DNA of 32,169 nt from Nemertoderma westbladi (taxonomy: Eukaryota > Animalia > Xenacoelomorpha). Of this stretch, positions 20,193-30,917 are shown in pieces. The stretch spans positions 1 through 32,169 of the forward strand of contig JAUCBJ010000655.1 in the NCBI GenBank assembly GCA_032718475.1. The letters run 5' to 3'. Under the pieces are notes generated by a model, which did no database searches, was not told the origin of the DNA, and saw only the letters and a program-made list of their open reading frames with translations. A program made the position numbers and the translations under genes. The first letter of the stretch is position 1; each line of letters opens with the position of its first letter.

Positions 20193-23177
20193 TTACAGAA
20201 TTTCACAAGTGCTACTCTGTTTGGTACGCTCAGGTGACATCTGTTGACCGTGGGTGTCTGGACCCTGTGGGCCTCCAGGTTGGCCCCTTTGCGTCAGCAT
20301 GTTAAGTATTATCCTATCCGCCAGCGTCGGGTTGTTTGCGTGCAACATCTGTCTGTAAGTATCAGTCGGGATGTTTTCCTTACTATTTGTCTCAGCAGCC
20401 TCGAGTAATTTCTTCAATAGACCCATTTTATTCTCCATCGCTTTATGTCGCTTTTTCATAGCGGCTATTTGTAATTTTAACGAGACGATTCCGCTGTCTG
20501 AAGGCGGACTACCCCCGACGAAGCTGCGCCCTCTAGCGAGCATCTCGGTACGCATCAATTCGCGTGTGTTCTTCCCCGATACAGTGCCGGGATCCTTGTA
20601 CTTCCCCCAAACTTGTACGAGGATGTTTGAGGATGAAAGGTAATTGACGAGCTGACTGGTGCATGGGTTCATCTGAAACCGTCGCAGATGATCCCAATCG
20701 GGGTTCACCGTTCCCTTCACAGAGTGCGTCGTGGTAAACTCTTCCTCTAAGAAAAACTTATAACGACAAGAAACCTCGCGGTATTTATTAGGTAGCCCTC
20801 TTGCGCCTTGAACCAGAATGTAAAAATTAAGATTGGAACCGATGAGATCCTGAGTAGAATCCAGGAATAAATTTTCTGCTTCCGTCATTTCTCTACCATC
20901 AGGATGGGTCGGCATAATAGCGATGTTAAGTACGCCAATCTCTTTCCCTCTGACATCGGTGATATCCAACTGTTCCTGAGACTCTATTAAGTAGGCTAAA
21001 CTCTCCAGGTAGACACTCACACTCCCTATATGGACCTCAGTGTCGAGGGACTCAGTGAAGGGATCTCGCTCTTCTGGAACCTCCCAAGGCTGATTCTCCT
21101 GGAAGTTTTGATACATTTCCTGCATGAGGTATTTACGATTAATAAATTTATTTTTTGGCCAAACCCATTCAAGGTCGTTCACAAGATTTCTCATCTTCAC
21201 GCAGACTTCAGTCTTCCCGATTAGTTCCCCGCGAGCCTTTGGCGACACGATAACAACTTCGAACTTCACCTTCTTATCCAGCTCTTCACTAATAGCATTG
21301 GCCTCTTCCACAGCTGGTATCAACTCCATCATGCTTTCTTGTAGCAGTTTCTGGTCAAGGTTTCTCGCATCCAGATCGAATCCCGACTTCTTTGCAATCT
21401 CCGCCTGGGCCATGTCATAATTGACGAACTCCGTGAATTTCTTGGGATCTTCTTCATATTCTTTGGGATTCTGGAACATGTACAAGTGATTCGACCCGAA
21501 CATAACTCGATCGTTGTGATGCATTTCCACATGGTCCGAGATTGGAACTCCATTCACTAAGACTCTTGCGTTATTGTCCAGTTTGTTCAGAATGATGAGA
21601 TCGTGTCCCTCATTGACGCATTTTGCGTGATTGGCAACTATGTTCAAACCATTTAAGACGATTGTAGGGGCAGGGTCTGCATTCTTATTGCCAATACTAG
21701 ACTCACCTTCCTCTACCAATTGTATAATCATGCCAGAAAGTTGAGGATCGACATTAAGATTTGCTAAATGGGGGGTCGACTTTGCTGCCAATTTTACAGG
21801 ATCTTCTTCGACCTCAGTAACTTTCTCATCGAAATCCTCTGTCATGGTAGTCATCATTTGCGAGTTGATAAGAAGACTGGCTCTGACCTCTTCCTCGATC
21901 TTTTTACGAAGTTCAGTTTCGTCAAGTTCCGAGTAATCTTCGTCATCATCGGAATCTTCACCTCCTCCAGACGCCTTCTTGTGTTCCTGGAGCAGCGCGA
22001 TGGCGTCGCCTCCCTCTGCACTCAGCAACGCCATCAAACGGGCGTTTTCGGCGCGGAGCTCTCGTATCAACTTGTCTGTGGGGTTCTCGTTGATGACCGC
22101 TTTGGTTTTAATTTGTTTCGCGCGATCTGCGTAACGCAGTGTGGATAAAGTCTCATCGTAGTTTATATCCGCTGGAGAGATCGCCGCTATCATTATCGTC
22201 TTGCTGTTACCTCCCAACGCGTTCTTTAGTAGCTTTGTAAGAACCGAATCCCGGAAAGGAACCCTAACCCCACTCTTCCCTTTTGACTGCTCGGCTAATG
22301 CAGCGATCACATTTCCCAAGGAGGACAGCGATTGGTTGATAGCGGCACCTTCCTTCAACCTATCCCCGGTCGCGCCCGTGCTTTCGGCCCTTTCACTTCC
22401 CGCTAAATCAACCAGATTAATCGTGGAAGATTTAGCGCTTTCATTACCTTCTTCATCTTTGTTCTTCTGAATGAAGGTGACACCGACTATGGTGTGAGCC
22501 CTGGACGAAGTGGCGTTCATCTGCGTAGCCGCGATAGTGCGGTGTTTGGTTCCCTCCTCCATGTGCCGCTCGATGTCATTGAAGCTGCCAACAGGGGTGG
22601 TCTTCAACCCATCAGGGTAGAACCCCAACTGGGGGTGCTGTCTCACCTTCAAATTTCCCCCTTTTGTAGACAACAAATCGCGAACATTCTCGTTGTAAAT
22701 CTCCAGCATAGAGAATGTAACTTCGAACTGTCCACTACCTTCCTCCTGTTTCTTCTCCTGTATTCCTTGGAATAATTTCTCACACAGCATCGGCACTACT
22801 CCTCTATTCACCCCGTATCCGACAATGGAATAGGATTTACCCGAACCCGTTTGTCCGTAAGCAAATAACGTGGTATTGAAACCATTCCAAGCGTTGTTGA
22901 GAATTCCTTGACCTAAATCCTTAAAGACGGTTTTTTGATCGGCGTATTTTGAACTCGTGGGGTTCAAGTAACCAGAACTGTCCTCCTCGAATCCGTCATG
23001 AGACCAATATGAGAAATCGAAGGAGAACTTTTTAGGTTCTTCCTTTGAGTTGGGGTCTCTCAATTCGGTGGTGTTACCGCTCATTCGCACGATTAATTTG
23101 GCTTTGCGATCCTTTTCTCGCGAGTTAAACGGCCGTACTCGCACCGCTACTCTTACATTCTCAGAATCGTCTCCCAT
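20193..23177 (-). CDS. KIF28: Kinesin-3 motor, KIF28/KLP-6 type, 994 aa, intronless CDS
   Basis: VRVAVRVRPFN, FSFDFSYWSHD, P-loop GQTGSGKS, NATSSRAH, DLAGSER, neck AVINEN, FHA domain (PHLANLNVDPQLSG...HHNDRVMFGSNH), EANAISEELDKKVKFE, C2-like region, coiled coil, terminal CEIL; YSIVGYGVNRGVVP and length fit KIF28 rather than KIF1/13. Confidence 0.92.
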   Translation of the reverse strand: MGDDSENVRVAVRVRPFNSREKDRKAKLIVRMSGNTTELRDPNSKEEPKKFSFDFSYWSHDGFEEDSSGYLNPTSSKYADQKTVFKDLGQGILNNAWNGFNTTLFAYGQTGSGKSYSIVGYGVNRGVVPMLCEKLFQGIQEKKQEEGSGQFEVTFSMLEIYNENVRDLLSTKGGNLKVRQHPQLGFYPDGLKTTPVGSFNDIERHMEEGTKHRTIAATQMNATSSRAHTIVGVTFIQKNKDEEGNESAKSSTINLVDLAGSERAESTGATGDRLKEGAAINQSLSSLGNVIAALAEQSKGKSGVRVPFRDSVLTKLLKNALGGNSKTIMIAAISPADINYDETLSTLRYADRAKQIKTKAVINENPTDKLIRELRAENARLMALLSAEGGDAIALLQEHKKASGGGEDSDDDEDYSELDETELRKKIEEEVRASLLINSQMMTTMTEDFDEKVTEVEEDPVKLAAKSTPHLANLNVDPQLSGMIIQLVEEGESSIGNKNADPAPTIVLNGLNIVANHAKCVNEGHDLIILNKLDNNARVLVNGVPISDHVEMHHNDRVMFGSNHLYMFQNPKEYEEDPKKFTEFVNYDMAQAEIAKKSGFDLDARNLDQKLLQESMMELIPAVEEANAISEELDKKVKFEVVIVSPKARGELIGKTEVCVKMRNLVNDLEWVWPKNKFINRKYLMQEMYQNFQENQPWEVPEERDPFTESLDTEVHIGSVSVYLESLAYLIESQEQLDITDVRGKEIGVLNIAIMPTHPDGREMTEAENLFLDSTQDLIGSNLNFYILVQGARGLPNKYREVSCRYKFFLEEEFTTTHSVKGTVNPDWDHLRRFQMNPCTSQLVNYLSSSNILVQVWGKYKDPGTVSGKNTRELMRTEMLARGRSFVGGSPPSDSGIVSLKLQIAAMKKRHKAMENKMGLLKKLLEAAETNSKENIPTDTYRQMLHANNPTLADRIILNMLTQRGQPGGPQGPDTHGQQMSPERTKQSSTCEIL

Positions 23178-23348
23178 AACGATGAATGAAATAGTTGGAA
23201 TGACAACCGTGAGTTTATTTTATAATAAAATTATCAGTATTGCAAATTGCAATTACTTTACAATGAACTTATACTAATTTTACTATTTCAAGTTCAAATT
23301 GTCATTGGCAATTAGTATTATTTATTGGACACGATTGCTGTATAGTTG

Positions 23349-23361
23349 GTCGCATGGCAAC
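23349..23361 (-). promoter_or_regulatory. RFX X-box upstream of KIF28
   Basis: GTTGCCATGCGAC on the gene strand, 172 bp upstream of the ATG; close to the canonical GTTGCCATGGCAAC. Confidence 0.7.
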
Positions 23362-25495
23362 AATGGATGGAATCACGTTTGGCTATCATTTAGATATTAT
23401 TTTATTAGCCACTGCAATTAAGGTTTGCTTGCAGCGGCGTCTTTGGATGGAGAGCTAATTTACACGCAATGACGTATGGCATGGCATTCAAATGTTATGA
23501 CAGCAGTTAATAACAATGACTCATCCCTTATCCTCTGATGTTTAATTTAAAGTTAGTTATGTTTTGACATCATGTTCCTACCAATGAAGGTGATGTATTT
23601 GATATAATAATAATTATTGATTCATCAATGTTTAACTATGAATGCAAATAATATAAAAGTTCACTCCTTAAAAATTCAATCTTTTTCAAAGTTTATTTTG
23701 TTATGAAAAAAATGAATGATTATACATGATTTACATCATGCCGCACTTAGCAGCAGTACGGCTCCAATGATATTATTTCTCGAGCGCAACGAGGGCAATG
23801 GTGGAACGAGTGTGTCTAGATATAAAGAGCAACTTTTTGAACAATAATCTGTAAACCAATTGTAATTATTTAGTGTTTATTTTTTGTTATTCAGAAAGTC
23901 ATGAAATATTCGGAAATTAAAACTACAATAACGCAATACTTATATAACTTCTACCCAATATTCGTCATAAAGTTTCATACAACCAAGATACTTGAGTGTG
24001 TTGCGTTGCCAGGACAGCACTTACGTCGCTATGGACACACTAACAAACAAATTAGAGAAGCATTGTGTAATATAAAACGTATAATAATTAGATAAAGGAG
24101 GTAGTTTGTAGGTGGGAGTAGTTAGGTAGGTAGTTATGAATGAACATAACAATGCGAATGACGCACTTTAATAATAAAACTAATAAATACATCGTCAGTT
24201 GATTAAATCCTCAACACTTATTGATAGATAGGCCTATCGGACTCCCATTGTGTTCTTAAACTTGCCTCTCTATACCGCTCGATTGGTTTCTGGAATAAAA
24301 TTTCACTTTTTGTCCTGGTGGGAGAAAATAACTCCCTTTGAGATATATTGGTATGAACTTTATATATATATGATATTTTATTGGCGCAATGTGAATAATA
24401 CCAGGTTTTCATTTTTCGTTGATATTTTGTTGAAACTTTATATATGAAGAATTTGTATTTTTTCAAAAATTGTTTTGGTTGGAGTACTCAACGAATTTTG
24501 CATATCGTTACAGACTCGGAATAACCGCAACGCCACCAACCCTTCATGTGGTACTAGATTTCACTTATTGTTTCCAATTTCATGCCTCTCAATTAAAATG
24601 GTGTACTATATAACGTATTTACAACTAAACTGTAACGTATTATATAGTTATAATATCGGCCCAGAATGGATGTATTCCATGTGTTGTATGTAGGTAGTCC
24701 TAGGTAGGCGCAGGCGGTTCAGTCTTCTGGCCGTTTGAGACCGTTAGTTGACAATGTCGTATACAGTCGTACTGCACCGTACTGCACGTCGGTCCGACTG
24801 CACGAAGTGGAAGGCCCCTGACCCACACCTGTATATGGACCAATTTGAGTCTGTCTGTTTTCAGCTGGTATATTTCACCTAAGTTTAACCAATGTGAATA
24901 ATACCATGATTTTACATTAAATATTACATAAGGGCTGAATCATATTATAGATTATATTATATCATAGATAATCTATATTATGTTTAACTTTGGAATAATA
25001 AGCAACAATTTGGCTTCTGAGCTTCTGACTCCAAGAGTCTCACAAAAGGAGATTTAAAAATGCCCTTAGCACAAATATAATTGTTCACTGATGACTCACA
25101 GTCGCCTCACATAACCTAGAACCAGCGGAGTAGTACGTTGCAGTAATATTGGCATCACAATATTGATGAAAATACCTCTTAATCTTGGGTGTGATGAATT
25201 CGTAGATATATTTAGGTGAGGTTCATTTTAAACCAACAGGCTGTTGTTTAATTTCCACTTCAAAACAAATTCAATAAATGGTGGAACTTTTTACACTTTA
25301 ATATAAATCTTATGTCAATAAAGTAACTTATCAGTAATGAATATGAATGTACAGCAAAATAGTAGTACATTGACATTCACGCCATATGTTTGTTTATATG
25401 AGACCAATTTTCCTACTGCGTTGATAATCCCCGCATCATAAGTATACTACTACACCAAAGCCTTTGCTAGCAAATAAGAACGCTCCCGGTCAGTT

Positions 25496-25569
25496 GTCTC
25501 TGTGGCGCAATCGGTTAGCGCGTTAGACTGTTAATCTAAAGGTTGGTGGTTCGAGCCCACCCAGGGACG
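25496..25569 (+). tRNA. trnN-GTT: tRNA-Asn (GTT)
   Basis: GTCTCTG..CAGGGAC acceptor stem, A-box TGGCGCAATCGG, anticodon arm TTAGA-CTGTTAA-TCTAA, T-arm GGTGG-TTCGAGC-CCACC, oligo-T Pol III terminator downstream. Confidence 0.97.
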
Positions 25570-25739
25570 GTAAATATTTTCCTTTTTTTTGTAATAGTTA
25601 TTTTATTTATAATAATTGACTTAGTTCATTATTAAAAAAGACACAGCAAGAATTACAGTAATTAAGTATGGAATTATAACGTATATAGTTACAAAAACTG
25701 TATTGAAAAAATTAATCCATGTAGACACAATCATTTCAC

Positions 25740-26196
25740 TTAAGGGGGGGTGTTCACCCACAGTCATCAGAGTTTTTTCATCAGATTTTTTTTCTAATGT
25801 GTTTTCCGTTTTACAGTGATTCCTAATCTGAAATCAGTTTTTCGATAAGTTGTTTCGTTATCGAGTTATGGAAACTTTTGTAATTTTGGTGAGACACTGC
25901 ACACCACATTTGACACCAAAATGACCATCAAACACCCAAAAAGTTCAAAATATTTTGCCATTATCAGAATCAGCGCCAAAAAATAGCCTTTGGGTATCAA
26001 AACCGCAAAAGATGAAAATTTTTGAAAATTCTTCAAGGTGCATGCTTGTTCAGTTGTAAACAGGAGGAAATTTTAATGTCATTTTTCTCGAGTTACCTTT
26101 TTTGAGATACTTTCTCTATCTACTTTTTAACTACTAAACCGATTTTCGTTCTGTTTGCAGAATTATGTAGAGGAATATTCCTCGCAATGGAAAATA
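25740..26196. mobile_element. Putative non-autonomous DNA transposon segment flanking the LINE
   Basis: Starts ttaa-GGGGGGG like 17072; contains gtgattcctaatctgaaatcagttttt, similar to the 17.5-kb motif; may resume at 28580-28790, which ends CC-ttaa. Confidence 0.3.
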
Positions 26197-27949
26197 TCCA
26201 CCATGCTTATTCACTTCATGAGGCTGCCAAACCACAAGATTATGCACTGACTGCAATGTCCTGCAAAGCGGAGGCGACTTTGTTCAAGTGTCAAGCTTGG
26301 GGGAACCAATGAGACACCTCCAATGTTATATAGTGTCTGGTTGGAGATGTGTGCATTGTACTTGACACAATGAACCCGGCGTAGCATTCTTGTGAATGTG
26401 CCATAAAGAGATTTGGTGTCCTCAGCAGTTAGAACCCAGCATGGACTCCCATAGATGAGGAGTACTGGAACTACTGCTGCTCTAAATAATCGGACCTTAA
26501 TTTTCCGATTAATTCTCTTTGACTTCCGAATCTTGGAAAGCCTATTCAAGGCTGCCCATGCCTTTCCCTTACGTATTCGATGGTCCTCACCTGACTTCCG
26601 GATCCATGATCCCAGGTAACAGAAGTCGTCCACATGCTCAAGCTTACCATCCTTTAAGATTATGCTCATCCGGTCAGAGGCTTGCTAAGGAGTTTCAAAG
26701 TTAACTGTCAAAATTTGGTCTTTTTGGAGTTAATAAAAAGACCAACACTAGAAGCAGCCTGTTCTAATGAGCTGAGGAGCCGTTGGGCTCCGTCTAGTGA
26801 TTCTGAGAGTACTCCTAAGTCATCAGCAAAGTCTAGATCAGTTAGGTACTTGGAAGGATTTCCTCGACTTCTGGAGCCAGTAGGTAGAGTTACCATCACC
26901 CCATCATCATTATCTAAGGACATGCGTAGAACATAGTCAACTACAATTATGAACAAGTATGTCTCCTTAAAGGACTTCCCATAATACTTCAAATGGTTTT
27001 GAGCCACCTCACCATCAACAGTCGACACAAATGTTGTCGAACCATCGTATACTGATCTGATTGCTGCAATAATTTCATCAGGAATCCCATATAATGAAAG
27101 TATGCTGAATATACGTGAGCGTGAGACTGAATCAAAGGCATTCAAGAAGTCAACAAAGATAACAGCCAGATGCCTGTCTTTTTTTTGATAACTCTTCAAA
27201 AATCCTTCTAAGTGCCAAAATGGGCTCCATGGTCCCACAACCTTTACGGAACCCATTCTGATTTCCACAGAGCAGTCTCTCAATGGGATCCCTGATGCGA
27301 TTTAATAGAATTCTATTGTATAGCTTTGCAGCAATCGAGATCAATGAGATTCCCCGAAAAGAACCATAGAGTGTTAGGTTGCCCTTCTTGGGAACTGGCA
27401 CCAACTTATTTGTTTTCATTTCTTATGGGACTCTTGTTGTTCTGTACATGTCTACTATGATGGGATAGATGAGCTTTAAACACTCAGGCATTTTAAAGAC
27501 CTTCAGCCTTCACTTCTGCAAAGGAGATATCGCCAATGGGAATATCTGGGAGTACAGACTCAGACACTTTTACTTCTATAAAGTTATCAGGCAATACCCT
27601 GTCATTATTGAGGAGCTTTTCAAAGTGGGCCTTCCAACCATTGAGGCGATCGGCTGGTGATTCTACCGTAACCTTGGTGGTTGGTTGGCTTTTCCGCCCA
27701 GTAAGCAACTTGATCGATTTCCATGCCTGGGAATTCCAGGCATTTCCAGGCATTTCCATGCCTGGGATGATTGCCTGTTGTCGTCAGCATCATTGATGGC
27801 ATCAACTGTTGGTTTATTAGCTCCTGTAGATTAACAGAGTACTGCCTGTTCTGTTCAGGGACCTAGATGCAGCCTTAATTGCATTCTTGGCCGCTGTAGT
27901 CTGTTTGAGTCGGGACTCGTTCTGCGCCTTATAGAGGTCATTTCGGCAC
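26197..27949 (-). mobile_element. Decayed non-LTR retrotransposon (RTE group) reverse transcriptase region
   Basis: Frameshifted ORFs: VPVPKKGNL..FRGISL..KLYNRILLNRI..QNGFRKG, FVDFLNAFDS, YLFIIVVDYVLR, DLDFADD, FCYLGSWI, RLRFAGHC; 5' and 3' truncated. Confidence 0.92.
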
Positions 27950-28575
27950 CGTATGTTCAGCAAGCTTTCATTATATGGGATTCCTGATGAAATTATTGCA
28001 GCAATCAGATCAGTATACGATGGTTCGACAACATTTGTGTCTATTTATGCGCAGCCTTGAATAGGCTTTCCAGGATTTGGATGTCACATAGAATTAATCG
28101 GAAACTTAAAGGTCCGATTATTCAGAGCAGTAGTAGTTCCAGTACTCCTCTATGGGAGTCCATGCTGGGCTCTGACTGCTGAGGACACCAAATCTCTGGA
28201 TGGCACATTCACAAGAATGCTGCGCCGGGTTCATTATGTCAAGTACAATGAACACATCTCCAACCAGACACTATTTAACATTGGAGGTGTCTCATTGGTT
28301 CCCCCAAGTTTGACACAAGAACACAGCCGCCTCCGCTTTGTAGGACATAGCATTCGCCGTGAGGACCAGACAGTGCATAAGCTTGTGCTTTGGCAGTCTC
28401 ACGGAGTGAATAACATGGTGGACAGCCCATGAATTTCTTGAGACGCCTCTTAAAGAACACTGGCCTTGAAGATACGGATGATCTAGCAAATGTCATGGGT
28501 GATAAGTAGTTGTGGCGGCGCAATCGACAAGCCGGCACAGAATTCTTAAAAATGCAGCTGCAATGCAGCATGCCG
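27950..28575 (+). mobile_element. Second, oppositely oriented fragment of the same LINE, with internal deletion and element 3' end
   Basis: 27950-28041 is the reverse complement of 27024-27115 (3 mismatches by eye); 28051-28422 mirrors 26197-26555; continues RLRFVGHSIRREDQTVHKLVLWQ...TGLEDTDDLANVMGD. Confidence 0.9.
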
Positions 28576-29430
28576 ATCCTAGTTGTAGTTAACTGGTAAA
28601 TCCCAAACCACCATTTGTTCAGCTCGAGTTTCTTTTTGCTTCGTTTGAATGATTATTTTTTTCCTGAGAAAACTATGACTGTTTGTATGGTGTGAGAGTA
28701 TGGCAGTTTTTCGGACAGAAAAACCAATTTCAGAATGTGTGACGGTGTAATTTTTTAAATAAAAAATTACATATTTCATCTTCACCTTAATTAATTAATA
28801 ACTTGAAAATAAAACACAAAATATCCGGGCATATCGCGCGGATATTGCAGATGTCCGACATGATATCCGGATATTGGTAAATGTCGACGGGATATCAGAC
28901 AAGGTTTGGATATTTGTTTCGAACAAAAAAACACATTTACAATATTTAAATAATTCATATTATTTAAAATATCACTTTCAACGAGGTAATCGATTATATG
29001 ATCATATCGGTGGGAAGTTTTATAGATAATTCGACGTTTTTGTATTTGTATATGTGGAATGACTTGTTGTGCGTCAATCTCTAGCAAGCGATAGTTATTG
29101 GTCGGCGTTTGCCATGACGTCACTACGATCTTGTAGCCCTCAACTGCCAAGAGTTTCTCAACCATGTAAGACTACGTCACAACAAATACTTACTATAGAT
29201 GTTAATTAAGTCTTTGTTAAGGAAACGATGGGACCACGAAATATTGAAGAATTGTTTAGTACAATTTCCGCACGTCTAAACCTCCTTACACTTTGCGATA
29301 CTGACATGCGGTCTAGATTAACATCGAAACTCTCGAGTACTGTTGGGTTGGACGCTATTAGATTTATTTGTACATTTATTTGCCAACCTCATCTCCATTT
29401 CGAATAGGATTCGCCTATTTATTGTGTAAT

Positions 29431-30648
29431 TTATTGAGATAGGGGCCTAAGTTCCTTCAGTACGATCTTAAGAGTATCGTCTTGCAATGGAGTTCCAATA
29501 TTTGAATGATCTTTACTAATTACATGGCTCTCTATACTTTCTAAAAAATCTGTATGGCTGTGAGAAGGTTGAGATGCATGTCGCGAACCGGATTGGCTTG
29601 AATTTGTCGTTTGACCAGCGCTTGCACTATTGTATTTATTAATCATAACTTCTCGAGAATTTACCCATTTAGTTTCAGTTTCAGACTTAAGACGGACTGG
29701 ATACCTTCCTGCATATTGTACTGTTAGTGTGAACCCGAGAAGTTGTTTAACTTGCGCAACAATTTCCGCGTGAGGCACAGCCCTGACAGACTTTGTGTTA
29801 ATAGCGATAAGTTTGTCACCAAGCCGTAAACCTGATTGTTCTGCTAAACTTCCCAACTCCACGACAGATACGTAAACCCCTCGGCAAATCTCATCGAAAC
29901 TGCCGACAATATTAAACCCGAATGAATCATTGATACTAGTTCTTATTAAATGTATTTCGCGATATTCTTCTCTTAGAATATCGCATATACTTTCAGTTTC
30001 GCATTTGGATTCTACATCGTACCAGACTAACACATCTTGCTCCTCAACGTATTGAGGTATCTTATCGGAATCCCGAACTACCATTTGCACACGATTGCCT
30101 CGATTGAACGCCATGATAACATCGTCTATAGTGGCCCCTGTTACATCAATCCCGTTAACTTCTACCAACTCCTGACCGACTTTCAGTCCGCCCCTCTGGG
30201 AAGGGGACGTTGGCACCAGCCCGGTAACATAAACTCCAACCCCGGACTTATTTGTCCCTTGCAACGTTAAACCCCAACGCTCTTCCTCTGATTTATACAT
30301 CGTTAAGGTTCGAACAATATCATCTTTGTTTGCTTTAAATGCTTCTTCATTATTATTCAAATTTGTTGTTAATTTTTCCGCGATATTCTTGCAGTTCTCA
30401 TTTCCGTAATCGTGTAACGCTCGGATATATTTTAGTCTTTGTGAGTTATTTAGTAATTCTTTATTATATATGTCCCAAAGGAGTTCACATTTAGCTGCAG
30501 AATCACAGATTAAGCTGAGTCTGTCTATGAGTTCTTTCTCATCACACTGACCGAACTTGTACTGGTTCAGTGTTTCTTTGTAAAACTGTTGTTCAGATAA
30601 ATTCAAGAGATATAAAACCTTAGGGTCATCCCTATAATCATCTGTCAT
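29431..30648 (-). CDS. Whirlin/PDZD7-like scaffold, HHD-PDZ1-PDZ2, ~405 aa, intronless
   Basis: First ATG at 30648 (MTDDY); HHD-like LLNLSEQQFYKETLNQY...LIDRLSLICDSAAKCELL; PDZ1 WGLTLQG..GVYVTGLVPTS..GLKVGQELVEVNG; PDZ2 FGFNIVG..GVYVSVVELGSLAEQSGLRLGD; post-PDZ2 GRYP...ETKWV resembles whirlin GRLP...ETKWI. Confidence 0.82.
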   Translation of the reverse strand: MTDDYRDDPKVLYLLNLSEQQFYKETLNQYKFGQCDEKELIDRLSLICDSAAKCELLWDIYNKELLNNSQRLKYIRALHDYGNENCKNIAEKLTTNLNNNEEAFKANKDDIVRTLTMYKSEEERWGLTLQGTNKSGVGVYVTGLVPTSPSQRGGLKVGQELVEVNGIDVTGATIDDVIMAFNRGNRVQMVVRDSDKIPQYVEEQDVLVWYDVESKCETESICDILREEYREIHLIRTSINDSFGFNIVGSFDEICRGVYVSVVELGSLAEQSGLRLGDKLIAINTKSVRAVPHAEIVAQVKQLLGFTLTVQYAGRYPVRLKSETETKWVNSREVMINKYNSASAGQTTNSSQSGSRHASQPSHSHTDFLESIESHVISKDHSNIGTPLQDDTLKIVLKELRPLSQ

Positions 30649-30862
30649 TTTATCTGCCGTTAATCCAAGAATGTCAACAACAATCACGAAATAAATCACA
30701 ATCACAAAGTACACAAACAGACCAGTTTCTTTATCAATATAGCCTACAATATGGATTATATTTTAAGATCATTGTGTGTATAACGAGTTTCTGTTACGAT
30801 AAATTAAACTGATTGAAATTAAGCTTGAATTAAATGCAGTTTGACACCAAAATTTGATTTGG

Positions 30863-30876
30863 GTTCCTTAGCAAAC
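30863..30876. promoter_or_regulatory. X-box-like motif upstream of the whirlin-like gene
   Basis: GTTCCTTAGCAAAC, ~215 bp upstream of ATG 30648; imperfect palindrome. Confidence 0.4.
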
Positions 30877-30917
30877 ATGGACTGATGATATCCGAGGATT
30901 TCTTGATCTCGGAAAAT

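Noticed and set aside
8299-23277. Antisense and alternate-frame ORFs inside TRPM and KIF28
   Set aside because: Shadow ORFs of real coding sequence with no recognisable motifs.
26185-28615. Target-site duplication around the LINE foldback
   Set aside because: Only loose similarity (aatggaaaatatccaccat vs actggtaaatcccaaaccaccat), partly overlapping LINE sequence.
28791-29430. Downstream ORFs as further whirlin exons or stop-codon reassignment
   Set aside because: No clear HHD/PDZ similarity, and the long genes read normally in the standard code.
30649-30714. Hydrophobic N-terminal extension as a signal peptide on the PDZ protein
   Set aside because: GTG start and T/G-rich low complexity; more likely UTR or intron (possible acceptor ggcag just before the ATG).
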